A DNA stretch of 26,625 nucleotides, taken from contig JBLGBN010000013.1 of the NCBI GenBank assembly GCA_047617745.1, forward strand, positions 1 to 26,625. Reading direction: 5' to 3'. Both the position numbers and the translations under genes were made by a program. Below, in pieces: positions 7,569 to 17,378 of this stretch (positions are counted from its first letter, which is position 1; each line of letters starts with the position of its first letter). The stretch comes from Candidatus Nanohaloarchaea archaeon. Its GTDB lineage: Archaea; Nanohalarchaeota; Nanosalinia; Nanosalinales; Nanosalinaceae. The notes below the pieces were generated by a model. The model did not search any database. It was not told the DNA's origin and worked only from the letters and a program-made list of their open reading frames with translations.

Positions 7569-7600
7569 CTGCCTTTATGCCAGAGATCAGTTGTTGATCT

Positions 7601-8884
7601 CTATTTCTCTTCTACGGATAGAGCCATTCCGGCTCCGACTGTCTGTCCCATGTCTCTGACTGCGAATCTGGAGAGCTGTGGGATGTCGTCATTCTCCTCG
7701 ATGACGAGTGGCTGCTGTGGTGTGATTTCCACGATTGCTGCCTGTCCCTGTTTGATGTAGTCAGGGTCTTCTTCGATTGTTTCTCCTGTCTTAGGGTTCA
7801 TCGTCTTCTTGAGGTCTGTGAATGTGCATGAGACCTGTGCTGTGTTGACGTGGAATACTGGTGTGTATCCCTCGCTGATTACGTTAGGGTGGTTGAGGAC
7901 GATGACCTGTGCTTCGAAGCTGTCTACAACTGTTGGAGGGTTGTCTGCGTGTCCTGCGACGTCTCCTTTCTTGACATCAGATTCTCCAACTCCTCTTGTG
8001 TTGTACCCGATGTTGTCTCCTGGGTGTGCTGCGTCGACTTCTTCGTGGTGCATTTCGATTGTCTTGACTTCTCCACCGATGTTCTTGTTGAGTCGTGTGG
8101 ATGCTGGTTCGAAGACTACGTCGTCACCAGGGCTGATGTCTCCTGTCTCGACTCTACCAACTGTAACTGCTCCGATTCCGGAGATTGAGTAAACATCCTG
8201 AATTGGAACTCTGAGTGGTAGGTCTTCTGGTTTCTCTGGTTCTTCCAGATCGTCAAGTGCGTCGAGTAGTGTTGGTCCATCGTACCATCCTAGGTTGTCG
8301 GATTCATCTACTACGTTGTCGCCTTCGAATGCTGAGATAGGTACGAAGTCGATTTCGCTTGGGTCGTATCCTACGCCCTGAAGCATCTCTGATACTTCGT
8401 CCTTGATGTCTTCGAAGTCGTCTTCTGCGTAGTCAACAACGTCCATTTTGTTGACTGAGACGATCAGCTGGTCGATTCCCAGTGTCTTTGCAAGGTATGC
8501 GTGTTCCTTGGTCTGTGGCTGGATTCCGTCGTCAGCTGCGACTGTCAGGACTCCGGCGTCTGCCTGGGATGCTCCTGTGATCATGTTTTTAATGAAGTCT
8601 CTGTGGCCTGGAGCATCAATAATTGTGAAGTAGTAGTTGTCAGAGGTAAAGTCCTTGTGAGCGAGGTCGATTGTAACTCCTCTTTCTCTTTCCTCTTCAA
8701 TTGAGTCCATTGCGAATGCGAAGCCGAATGTTTCCTTGCCTTTTTCTTCTGCTGCGTCTTCTAGCTTTCGCATTTCTTCTTCTGGTAGGTTTTCTGTGTC
8801 CCACAGTAGTCGTCCGATTGAGGTTGACTTACCGTGGTCTACGTGACCGATGAATACGAGATTAACGTGTGGTTTGTCTGCCAT
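7601..8884 (-). CDS. tuf: Translation elongation factor aEF-1alpha
   Basis: [42 protein letters not shown] and [11 protein letters not shown]. Confidence 0.99.
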   Translation of the reverse strand: MADKPHVNLVFIGHVDHGKSTSIGRLLWDTENLPEEEMRKLEDAAEEKGKETFGFAFAMDSIEEERERGVTIDLAHKDFTSDNYYFTIIDAPGHRDFIKNMITGASQADAGVLTVAADDGIQPQTKEHAYLAKTLGIDQLIVSVNKMDVVDYAEDDFEDIKDEVSEMLQGVGYDPSEIDFVPISAFEGDNVVDESDNLGWYDGPTLLDALDDLEEPEKPEDLPLRVPIQDVYSISGIGAVTVGRVETGDISPGDDVVFEPASTRLNKNIGGEVKTIEMHHEEVDAAHPGDNIGYNTRGVGESDVKKGDVAGHADNPPTVVDSFEAQVIVLNHPNVISEGYTPVFHVNTAQVSCTFTDLKKTMNPKTGETIEEDPDYIKQGQAAIVEITPQQPLVIEENDDIPQLSRFAVRDMGQTVGAGMALSVEEK

Positions 8885-8924
8885 TGTTGAGTTTCACCTA
8901 ATGCGTATATAACGGAATTAACCG

Positions 8925-8941
8925 GTTAAACTTTAAAAAGG
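8925..8941 (-). promoter_or_regulatory. TATA promoter of tuf
   Basis: Minus strand CCTTTTTAAAGTTTAAC; SD AGGTGA upstream of the ATG. Confidence 0.6.
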
Positions 8942-8978
8942 AATTGTGGTTGTCGCTGGATATGTCTAATCAATGAGT

Positions 8979-9335
8979 TTAGAGGTGGTAGGTGTCGCCC
9001 TGTACTTCTATATTCGCGCCTTCTGCTGTTCCTGTGTAGTCTCTCATCAGGTCTGCTGCCAGCTGACTTGATTCGAAAATCCCTAGACCTAATTCGTCTT
9101 CAATGGCAATAGTTAGATCTTCCTGGTGTTTAGATTCTGGTGTGAATTCTGGGTTTCCGTATGGGGATCTGGCCCTGAACTCGGCATCCTGCTCTATTTT
9201 CTCTTCCCGGGCTCTGAACCAGACTTCATCAGCCAGTTCGCCCATTAACCTTAGCTCGTCTCTACTGTAGCTATCTATATGTTTCTCTAGAAAACCGGCG
9301 GCTGTAGATTCCGGTATTTCATATTCCCAGCTCAT
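8979..9335 (-). CDS. Acidic hypothetical protein
   Basis: 118 aa, acidic like the rest of the proteome, fills the gap between the GT4 gene and tuf; no recognised motif. Confidence 0.65.
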   Translation of the reverse strand: MSWEYEIPESTAAGFLEKHIDSYSRDELRLMGELADEVWFRAREEKIEQDAEFRARSPYGNPEFTPESKHQEDLTIAIEDELGLGIFESSQLAADLMRDYTGTAEGANIEVQGDTYHL

Positions 9336-9391
9336 ACTTGCTAATTTGTCTGTAAGCGTTAACTATGTACTGGTTGTCTTTTTTGACTTTT

Positions 9392-10519
9392 CTAACTGTT
9401 TTTCAGCTGTTCTATCTTGCTATCCATCTTCTCCGCGAATCGGTCCCAGCTATATTTCTCTGAATGCTTCCGGGCTTTCTTCCCCATTTCTTCGACTTCG
9501 TCAGGATTTTCTGCCAGATACTTCATCTTCTCCGCAAAGGCTTCCGGATCTGCTTCAACGAGGAATCCTGTTTCGCTGTCAATAACAGATTCTTTTGGTC
9601 CGCCCTCGTTTACTGAAATTATAGGCTTGGAGTAGCTGGCTGCTTCTACAGGGATTATTCCCCAGTCCTCTTTTTCCGCGCAGAAGAGTACGGAGTAGCA
9701 GTTGGCGTAGAGATTTTCCCACTTTTCTCCAGGCACATCCTTCTCAAATCTGATGTTTTCTCCGGCCATTTCCTTGAGTTCCTGTATATACTCTTCTTCC
9801 TGTGCAGAGCCGGCGAGAACCAGCTCGAAGTCTTTCGGTAGATCTGCCTGTTCGAATGCTTTTATTGCAAGTTCGTGCCGCTTGTACCTCCTGAATCTTG
9901 TTGGGTAGAGAAAGTATCTGTCATAGCTTTCCGATTTGTTTTCCTCGATATCTGCGCCCGGGTTGAGAACTGTCAGATTTTCATCCGTCTCGAGCTTTCT
10001 TCTCAGTACACGTTCTTTTGTGTTTTCGCTGTTAACGAATACGTGGTCGAGGAAGTTCCAGGAGAATTTCTCCAGTTTTCCAAAGAACCGTGTTGCGATC
10101 CCGAAGAAAGGCCTTAGCATCGGAGGGAGATCGTTCCTGTAGGAGTCCTGGAACTCAGGTAATGCTGCTCTCAATGGTGTGTGACAGTATCCAACTGTTA
10201 GCTGATTATGATTTCTTACGGTAAAAGGCGTTGAGACTCCGGATGTGGAGAAGATCACTGTGTCATACTCTTCTAGGTCAAGTTTGGTTACTGCGCCTCC
10301 GAGACTGAATTTCAGGAGCCTTGAGATAAAGCCGCCGGCTTCGCCCTGCCATCCTACTTCTTTGACCTCCAACTCTTGGAATCCCTCAAACGTGCTTTCA
10401 GCGTCGTAAAAAGGGGTCAGTACGGTTACACTGTTTTCTGATCTTTCGGCGTACTCCAGTACGACCTTCTCTGCGCCACCTTTCTCCTTCAGCCATGGAT
10501 GGAATACTGCTATATTCAT
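9392..10519 (-). CDS. Glycosyltransferase family 4 (ALG2-like, GT-B fold)
   Basis: HPWLKEKGGAEKVV, YCHTP, RFRRYKRHELAI, EDWGIIPVEA (E-x7-E) and GGPKESV. Confidence 0.92.
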   Translation of the reverse strand: MNIAVFHPWLKEKGGAEKVVLEYAERSENSVTVLTPFYDAESTFEGFQELEVKEVGWQGEAGGFISRLLKFSLGGAVTKLDLEEYDTVIFSTSGVSTPFTVRNHNQLTVGYCHTPLRAALPEFQDSYRNDLPPMLRPFFGIATRFFGKLEKFSWNFLDHVFVNSENTKERVLRRKLETDENLTVLNPGADIEENKSESYDRYFLYPTRFRRYKRHELAIKAFEQADLPKDFELVLAGSAQEEEYIQELKEMAGENIRFEKDVPGEKWENLYANCYSVLFCAEKEDWGIIPVEAASYSKPIISVNEGGPKESVIDSETGFLVEADPEAFAEKMKYLAENPDEVEEMGKKARKHSEKYSWDRFAEKMDSKIEQLKNS

Positions 10520-10568
10520 AGTAAGGAAGTTGTTCTATATCCTTAAATTGATTGGAGAGATGATAGGA

Positions 10569-11333
10569 CTAAAATATATTTTCCATAGTGGAAAGGCTTA
10601 GAGCGCCATCAATTTTGATGCTCTCTCCTGTTATATAATCTGACTTATCTGAGGCGAGAAACTTTACTACTTTAGCTACTTCCTCAGGATCCGCTAGCCT
10701 GCCTGACGGTATATTTTCTTCCCAGAGCTCTCTTTCTTTCTCGGAATTAAGGACATCGGAGTTCATCGGAGTTTTTATGAAGCCCGGTGCGACGTTGTTA
10801 ACGTTGATATTGTGGTCTGATAGCTCCAGAGCTATGTCTTTTGTGAGCATTCTGATGCCAGCCTTCGATGCGTCATAATGGTTTCTATTTCTTCTCGGTG
10901 TTTCTTCATGAATACTGGTTATATTCACTATATCTCCTTCTATACCATTTTCCACCATGTGATTAGCTACTTTCTGACTTAGAAAGTAAGTCGCTTTCAG
11001 ATTGGTGTCTATAACTTTATCCCATTCATCTTCAGTTAGTTCTAGGAAAGGAGTTGTGGTCTGTATACCGGCGTTATTGACTAGGAGAGTTACTTCACCG
11101 AATTTTTCCTTTGCTCTGCTCAGAGTTTTTTCTCTGCCATTTCTCTCACTTATGTCGGCCTCGATAGCCACTGCTTCCCCGCCGTTTTCTTCTATTTTCT
11201 GGACGGTTTGGGTCGCCTTACTTCTTTCTATATCATTTACTGCTACTCTGTAGCCTTCGTCTGCTAATTCTTTCGCAATAGCCTCTCCTATACCCTGTCC
11301 GGCACCGGTGACGATAGCTATTCGGTCTACCAT
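10569..11333 (-). CDS. Short-chain dehydrogenase/reductase, glucose-1-dehydrogenase-like
   Basis: TGAGQGIG, NNAGIQ, SIHE, YDASK (YxxxK) and APGFIKTPMN. Confidence 0.9.
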   Translation of the reverse strand: MVDRIAIVTGAGQGIGEAIAKELADEGYRVAVNDIERSKATQTVQKIEENGGEAVAIEADISERNGREKTLSRAKEKFGEVTLLVNNAGIQTTTPFLELTEDEWDKVIDTNLKATYFLSQKVANHMVENGIEGDIVNITSIHEETPRRNRNHYDASKAGIRMLTKDIALELSDHNINVNNVAPGFIKTPMNSDVLNSEKERELWEENIPSGRLADPEEVAKVVKFLASDKSDYITGESIKIDGALSLSTMENIF

Positions 11334-11459
11334 GGAAAGGGATTGATTGTAAGAATTAAATTGTTTATCAAGGATTTCAGGCCTTAATTATACCCGAGAA
11401 TAGTGTATCTGCAAGAAAATTGTCTGAAATAAGAAACAGTAAAAAGGTTGAGGAGTTGG

Positions 11460-13646
11460 TTACTCCTCTACGCTTGGCATTTCCTGTTTCATACCTTTTC
11501 TTTCTCTGATCTCCATGATCTTCTCTTCCTGGAGGTTCATCGGCAGCGGTTCGAAGATGATCTCTACAAGGTTGAAGAATCCTTTTCCATTTGTTGCACC
11601 CTTTAGAGCGGCTTCGAATCCGAACAGTTCTTCGACTGGGAGTTTACATTTGATGATGGATGAGTCTCCTTCTTCTTCCATGTTGACTACGTCTCCTCTT
11701 CTGTTGGAGACTTCTGTCATGGCGTCTCCCATTGTTGAGCTTGGGGTGTCGATTCTGAGGATCTGCTTTGGCTCGATTAGTCGAGGTGTTGCGTTGAGGA
11801 ATCCTCTCTTCATTGCGTCCTTTGTTGCTGGGATCATCTGTGCTGGTCCTCTGTGGATTGCGTCTTCGTGGAGGCTTGCGTCGTGGAGTCTTACCATTAG
11901 CCCGATTACCGGTTCGTTGGCAAGTGGTCCTTCGTCGCAGAACTCGTGGAACGCATCGACAAGGTATTCTTTGATTTCTCTGAGGTTTTTGATACCTCTT
12001 GAGTCGTTGATGAACAGGTTCTCTTCATACGCATCCATGATGTTGTCTGCGTCGTCCTGATCCATTCCTGCTTCTACAAGTGCATCTCTGACCTCGGTCT
12101 CGTCGTCTGCGTTTCTCTTGATTTCCTCGTATTCTTCTTTGAGGAACTTTCTGACTTCTTCGTCGATCGGTTCGACTGAGACTTCGAGCTGGTTGTGCCG
12201 GTTCGGTGATTTTCCTGTGAGGTGGTCTGATGCTTCTTCGATACCTTCTCGGAATACAACGATCGGTTCGGATACGCTGATGTCAATTCCTTTCTCTTCA
12301 AGGTGTCTCTCGACCTTTGCCTCGATGTGTAGCTCTCCGAGTCCTGAGACAAGTGTTTCTCCTGTTTCCTCGTCGATGTCGATCTTGATGGTGTTGTCTT
12401 CCTTCGCTCTCTTTCTGAGTGTTTCAATAAGCTTTGGAAGGTCGGATGTTCTCTTCGGTTCGATTGATTTTGTGACAACAGGTTCGAATACGTGTTCGAT
12501 CTGCTCAAACGGCTGAATCTCCTCTTCTCCCTCGAGTATAAACGTTTCTCCGGTTGAGAAGTCCGGTCCGGTGATAGCTGCGATGTTTCCACACGGGACA
12601 GAGTCAACTGTCAGTTTTCTTGGTCCGGAGTAAATTCCGACCTGCTGTGCTCTTTCCGTTTTCTGTGATCCGATTCCGTATAGTTCATCTCCTTCGTTCA
12701 CTGTTCCAGAGAACAGTCTGGCGGTTGCGATTGTTCCTGCGTGTTCATCGTCTTCAACGTTTGTGACAACTCCGACCAGCTTTCCGTCCTGGTCGTGCTC
12801 CATCATGTCTTTTCCTACTTCTGATTCTACATCTCCCGGCCAGACGGCTGGAATCCTCCATTCTGCTGATTCCTGAGGGTTGACTAGATGCTTTACAACC
12901 ATGTCAAGACATACTTCTTCGATCGGTGCTTCTTCTGCCAGTCCTTCGTGGTCTCCTTCGTTTACGTAGTCAATGATGTCCTGGAAGCTGATACCGGTTT
13001 CCTGCATGTAAGGAACTGAAATCGCCCAGTTCTTCAGCGCAGAACCAAACGCTACTGTCCCGTCGTTGACGGACATCTCCCATTTTTCTGCTGTTTCTTC
13101 GTCTGCGTATTTTCTGAGCGCTGTGTTGACTTCTCTAATTATTTTTGTGAATCTTTCCTGCATTTCCTCAGGTGTTAACTGCATCTCTTCGATCAAACGA
13201 TCAACTTTGTTGATGAACAGGATTGGCTTAACGCCTTCCTGGAGCGCCTGTTTCATGACGGTTTCTGTCTGTGGCATAACGCCGTCAACTGCGTCGACAA
13301 GTACTAGTACTCCGTCGACAGCTCTCATAGCTCTTGTGACGTCTCCTCCGAAGTCGACGTGGCCTGGTGTGTCAATAAGATTGATCAGGTAGTCATCTCC
13401 GTCAAATTCGTGGACCATTGAGATGTTGGCAGAGTAAATTGTGATTCCTCTTTCCGCTTCCTGGTCGTCGAAGTCCATGAATCTCTGATCTCCTGCCAGT
13501 TTGTCCGAGATCATACCGGCTCTGGCCAGGAGGTTGTCTGTTAGTGTGGTTTTTCCGTGGTCGATGTGTGCTGCGATCGCGATGTTCCTGATGTGCTCAG
13601 GATCTTCAATTACGCTTTGAATTGCGTCAAGCTCTTTATCTGACAT
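11460..13646 (-). CDS. fusA: Translation elongation factor aEF-2
   Basis: AHIDHGKTT, RGITI, DTPGHVDF, NKVD, GLGELH and diphthamide loop HEDAIHRGPAQ. Confidence 0.99.
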   Translation of the reverse strand: MSDKELDAIQSVIEDPEHIRNIAIAAHIDHGKTTLTDNLLARAGMISDKLAGDQRFMDFDDQEAERGITIYSANISMVHEFDGDDYLINLIDTPGHVDFGGDVTRAMRAVDGVLVLVDAVDGVMPQTETVMKQALQEGVKPILFINKVDRLIEEMQLTPEEMQERFTKIIREVNTALRKYADEETAEKWEMSVNDGTVAFGSALKNWAISVPYMQETGISFQDIIDYVNEGDHEGLAEEAPIEEVCLDMVVKHLVNPQESAEWRIPAVWPGDVESEVGKDMMEHDQDGKLVGVVTNVEDDEHAGTIATARLFSGTVNEGDELYGIGSQKTERAQQVGIYSGPRKLTVDSVPCGNIAAITGPDFSTGETFILEGEEEIQPFEQIEHVFEPVVTKSIEPKRTSDLPKLIETLRKRAKEDNTIKIDIDEETGETLVSGLGELHIEAKVERHLEEKGIDISVSEPIVVFREGIEEASDHLTGKSPNRHNQLEVSVEPIDEEVRKFLKEEYEEIKRNADDETEVRDALVEAGMDQDDADNIMDAYEENLFINDSRGIKNLREIKEYLVDAFHEFCDEGPLANEPVIGLMVRLHDASLHEDAIHRGPAQMIPATKDAMKRGFLNATPRLIEPKQILRIDTPSSTMGDAMTEVSNRRGDVVNMEEEGDSSIIKCKLPVEELFGFEAALKGATNGKGFFNLVEIIFEPLPMNLQEEKIMEIRERKGMKQEMPSVEE

Positions 13647-13687
13647 TTTAGTTTTACCTCTAGTTTATGTAGAAAGAAGAAGTTGCA

Positions 13688-13702
13688 AGATTTAAAAATG
13701 GA
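13688..13702 (-). promoter_or_regulatory. TATA promoter of fusA
   Basis: Minus strand CCATTTTTAAATCT; SD GAGGT upstream of the ATG. Confidence 0.55.
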
Positions 13703-13799
13703 TTGAGTTTAGACGGTTTGACTTTGGCTAAATACTCTTGATGCGAAAATACAGCTATAAAACCAAAATTTTATAACCAAGGAGTAATAAATATATAAT

Positions 13800-14651
13800 A
13801 TGTTCCCTGATTTTGAGGAAGTGGTGGCCGAACTGGAAGGCGAGGGCGAACCTCTTGAAGAACATAACTCCAGTTTTGACAATAATATAGGGACTAGCTC
13901 CCTCGCCGTCTATGATTTTCAGGGAGGCAAAGCTGTGAAGAAAAGTAATAGCAACAAGAACCGTCAGAATGTCATTACTGCCGCAGCTCAGTATATACTC
14001 TTTGAACATGAAGGTGATTTTGGTCAGAAAAGCCTGGATTGGCCTGAAATTCCTACAACAAGGCTTGGAGATGAGGCAGGTAACTCGATAATAACAGAGT
14101 TCAAGGGGGATAATCCGATAACTATCAATGAGTATGCACAGAAGTACTCTAGCCAAGCCGTTGAGGTTGATCCAGATTCGATCCACAGATCTTTTGCCTA
14201 CAAGCTTTTTCTAGGCGATGGGGACACTGCACCCGGAAACACTGTGCTTGATAACCCGGAAGATATTTCCGGCAGCGAGAATCTGTCTGCATACCCCGTC
14301 GACACTGAAGGTGCGGGAAATAGCCTTTTAGGAGATGTATCTGAGGGCTCGGAGTTTGACTACCGAATATCGGAATTAATTGATTCGTACCGTAAAAGGA
14401 TGGAGATGGCAGATGTGGAGTTAGATGTAGGCAAACTACTTGATTACTCGTCAGAGCTCTCAGAAGTATTTTTCTCGGAAGGAGTCAATGATAAGGCCTA
14501 TGAGAGTATGATTAAAGATGCCGATGTCCGCGATTCAGGTATCAAGGAGAATGCACTCCTCCTCGATAGTATGGCGAAAAGCGGCTACAGTTTTGGAAGT
14601 ATAAGCGATGTAAAGGAATTTATGAATGAGGAATACGAGTGTTTGATCTAG
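13800..14651 (+). CDS. Hypothetical protein with HipA/PI3-PI4-kinase-like motifs
   Basis: GTSS, then KAVKK, LFLGDGDTAPGNTVL and AYPVDTEG in kinase order. TATA TTTTATAA at 13769-13776 and GGAG SD upstream. Confidence 0.6.
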   Translation: MFPDFEEVVAELEGEGEPLEEHNSSFDNNIGTSSLAVYDFQGGKAVKKSNSNKNRQNVITAAAQYILFEHEGDFGQKSLDWPEIPTTRLGDEAGNSIITEFKGDNPITINEYAQKYSSQAVEVDPDSIHRSFAYKLFLGDGDTAPGNTVLDNPEDISGSENLSAYPVDTEGAGNSLLGDVSEGSEFDYRISELIDSYRKRMEMADVELDVGKLLDYSSELSEVFFSEGVNDKAYESMIKDADVRDSGIKENALLLDSMAKSGYSFGSISDVKEFMNEEYECLI

Positions 14652-15781
14652 ATCCAGTCTTCTCTGGTCAGAAGGACTAGAGATGCCGAGGTTAATCCGG
14701 CCAAGATGAAGGCCGTCTGGAATCCCTGCTTTAGGCTGGTGGTTATGCCAACTCCTACTATGATCGCCAGTGTGAGGAGCTGCCCCGCTTTGAACAGCAT
14801 CCTCTTCGCTGTGTAGAACTCTAGCACATCCTCTTTTTCGGCTAAATCGGCGTAGTCTGAGAATAGAGGTACTTCATAAAACATGAATACAAGACCGCCT
14901 AGGCCTGATATGGCAACTGCCTGAGTTGGAGTGGTTGCTAGTCCCCGGGAAAAGTGTATTAGTGCCGATCCGATGAAACCGAACAGGATCAGATGTTTGC
15001 GGCCAAATCTGCTCGATAATTTTCCTGAGATTATTGCGGTTATTAGCAGCCCGAGATTGTCTATCGCCGCCACTAATCCTGCGTCAACTTCATTTCCTAT
15101 AAAGAAAAAGGTGAAAAGTGCGAAACCGGTGACGGCTGTGATATTGAGTATACCTCTTGCAAAGAAAACAGGAAAGGTTTTGCTGTAATTATTCTTTACA
15201 ATATCCTTGAAATTATATTTGAGAGGATCTCTGTGATCTTTTGATATCAGAAGTATCCCTGCGGATATCGTAAAGAAGAGGATACTGGTTGAGACCAGTA
15301 TGTTGAATCCAGCCATATTCAGTATGTAACCTCCTGAAACCGGTGCCAGAAAACGTGAGATGTTTGGCAATCCAAGCATTCTGCTGGATTCCGAATCACG
15401 TTTCTTCTGGTGGGAATCAACTGCGAACTCTGAGTTAAGCGCGAGACCGTGAAGTATTTTACCCAAGCTGTAAATTACAGCAGAGAATACGATAATTTGG
15501 CCAGTAATCTGGCCTGTTCTCAATACTAGCAGTGCAGGAAGTAGAAAAATGTAGGATATTATCAGGCTGTGTTTGAACCCTATTCTTGCTATCAGGTAGG
15601 ATACAGGGAGTGATAGGACAAGGCTTACTAGCTGTTCTACTATTAAGAAACCAAGAGCATACTGGAATCCTAGTCCTTGGGAGAGGATGTAAATCGGTAT
15701 GAAGAGCCCTATAAGATCCATTCCAAATGTTCGGAAGGTTTCGTACAGGTATATCTGGTTTACCTGCTTGTCCAGTATCAT
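14648..15781 (-). CDS. MFS transporter
   Basis: About 12 TM helices; motif-A-like SYLIARIGFK and GKLSSRFGRK. Confidence 0.88.
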   Translation of the reverse strand: MILDKQVNQIYLYETFRTFGMDLIGLFIPIYILSQGLGFQYALGFLIVEQLVSLVLSLPVSYLIARIGFKHSLIISYIFLLPALLVLRTGQITGQIIVFSAVIYSLGKILHGLALNSEFAVDSHQKKRDSESSRMLGLPNISRFLAPVSGGYILNMAGFNILVSTSILFFTISAGILLISKDHRDPLKYNFKDIVKNNYSKTFPVFFARGILNITAVTGFALFTFFFIGNEVDAGLVAAIDNLGLLITAIISGKLSSRFGRKHLILFGFIGSALIHFSRGLATTPTQAVAISGLGGLVFMFYEVPLFSDYADLAEKEDVLEFYTAKRMLFKAGQLLTLAIIVGVGITTSLKQGFQTAFILAGLTSASLVLLTREDWI

Positions 15782-16194
15782 ATAGTGTAAAATCGTGCTA
15801 GCTGTGTTTTAAAGTCTCTGAACATTGATTCAGGTTTATCCTGTATATGGAAGGCGACTGCGAGAAGTAATAGGTTTTTCACAATGTAGTGCCCCTCCAG
15901 TGTAAGCCCTGAGCTAGTGAAGACTGTTTCCGGCGAAACGAATATCGGGAGAAACGTCCCTGTGATATGCGGTATAAGCAGGTAGAGACCGATCCGGTTT
16001 AGAGGTCTGTGGATGAAGCATATACCGATACAGACCTCCCATAGAGCTAGAATTGGAAGAAAAATTTCTACAGGTATTACAAACATTGTTTCCGCTACCA
16101 GTTGGGATACTGTTCTCTCACCTGCCAGCTTTAATACGCCAAAAAAGAGAAATATAAACCCTAGTAAGTATCTTAAGCTGTTTTCAGTATCCAT
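15778..16194 (-). CDS. DoxX-family (YkgB/RclC-like) membrane protein
   Basis: LRYLLGFIFLFFGVLK, WEVCIG and LTLEGHYIVKNL; ATGA overlap with the MFS gene. Confidence 0.8.
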   Translation of the reverse strand: MDTENSLRYLLGFIFLFFGVLKLAGERTVSQLVAETMFVIPVEIFLPILALWEVCIGICFIHRPLNRIGLYLLIPHITGTFLPIFVSPETVFTSSGLTLEGHYIVKNLLLLAVAFHIQDKPESMFRDFKTQLARFYTI

Positions 16195-16254
16195 ACATTC
16201 TTCACTCGGACAATAAGAGTGTGATAGATAAGGTAGTAAGATATGTGAGAAGGT

Positions 16255-16881
16255 TTAACGTGCGCCTTCTGCTTCTCTTTCCCTTCTCTCTTTCTCTCGC
16301 ACTGCTCTTGCGTCGTCGTTTCCGTTTGCACAGAGAATGATCTCATTGGCGAGTGTTTCTGCTGCTGAGTCGGAGTCGTTTCTTCTTTTCTCGTATGCTC
16401 CCTGAATGATGAGTCTAAGCGCTAGGTCGACTCTTCTCTGTGGTGCTACGATTACTGCTTTTCTTGCTCTTACTCCTCCTCTCTGGTAGGTGACTACTTC
16501 TTCGGTTGGTGCGGAGTTTTCTATTCCGTTGACAAGCACCTGGATCGGGTTCTCGCCTGTTTCATTTTCAATTATCTCGTAGGCATCTTCAATTATCGTC
16601 CAGATCTTCTCAGAATCTCCCGTGTTGTGTCCGGAGTCGATGTAGTGTTTCTTTCCTCTGTGTCCTGCGACATACATCCTGTTGAGAAGTCTTTCCGTAA
16701 TCGGTACGTCAGCCTTGTAGAACTGTTTGTCTTCATGTCTTCCGCGGCTTCTTGGTGCGAGAACGTTTTCAAGGTTGATGTATCTTACAAGCCCGTCGTC
16801 CTCTACTTCTGTTTCTTCTGCGTCCCATCTTCCCATGGTGAGGATCTTGTCGTCTACTTCGATCTTTGCTGCTGATGTCAT
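16255..16881 (-). CDS. rps7: 30S ribosomal protein uS7
   Basis: NPIQVLVNGIENSAPTEE, APQRRVDLALR and LANEII. Confidence 0.98.
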   Translation of the reverse strand: MTSAAKIEVDDKILTMGRWDAEETEVEDDGLVRYINLENVLAPRSRGRHEDKQFYKADVPITERLLNRMYVAGHRGKKHYIDSGHNTGDSEKIWTIIEDAYEIIENETGENPIQVLVNGIENSAPTEEVVTYQRGGVRARKAVIVAPQRRVDLALRLIIQGAYEKRRNDSDSAAETLANEIILCANGNDDARAVREKERREREAEGAR

Positions 16882-16890
16882 TTTCCTATC

Positions 16891-17313
16891 TTACCTCGTT
16901 GGTTTCTGCTGGTTTCCTCTGACCAGTTCGATGAGTGATACGCCGTTTACCTTTACTACCTGGTATCGGACTGTTGGAATATCTCCTTTCGGTCCTGCGT
17001 CTGCTCCTCCGATACCTTCGATAAGAACTTCGTCGTGCTCATCGATGTGGTCGATTGCTCCGTCTCCTGGAACGAACGCGGTCAGCTGTTTTCCGTTTTT
17101 GATCAACTGGACCCGTACACATTTACGCAGCGCTGAGTTAGGCTGCTTAGCTTCAATTATTCTTTTCTCTAATACGATTCCTCTTCCCTGTGGTGAACCT
17201 TCCAGAGGATCTGACTTCTCTTTCAGATTCTTCATTCTTCTTTTGTAGTCGATGTCGCTCCAGCGGTACTGCTGGCGTTTCTTCCTCATCTTTCTCGCGT
17301 TGTACAAGCCCAT
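16891..17313 (-). CDS. rps12: 30S ribosomal protein uS12
   Basis: [29 protein letters not shown] and GDIPTVRY. Confidence 0.99.
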   Translation of the reverse strand: MGLYNARKMRKKRQQYRWSDIDYKRRMKNLKEKSDPLEGSPQGRGIVLEKRIIEAKQPNSALRKCVRVQLIKNGKQLTAFVPGDGAIDHIDEHDEVLIEGIGGADAGPKGDIPTVRYQVVKVNGVSLIELVRGNQQKPTR

Positions 17314-17331
17314 CGTAACCTTAGAATCGAA

Positions 17332-17351
17332 GTTAAACTTTTTATAAGGGG
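17332..17351 (-). promoter_or_regulatory. TATA promoter of rps12-rps7
   Basis: Minus strand CCCCTTATAAAAAGTTTAAC; TATA at -34 to -27 from the ATG. Confidence 0.65.
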
Positions 17352-17378
17352 TGTCCTAGTGTTTTGTGCATATATTTA

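Noticed and set aside
11845..11890. Loss of the diphthamide site in aEF-2
   Set aside because: HEDAIHRGPAQ is canonical with the target His present.
13755..14186. 143-aa minus-strand ORF as a possible antitoxin for the kinase-like gene
   Set aside because: It is antisense to 13800..14651 with a composition unlike this proteome; likely a shadow ORF.
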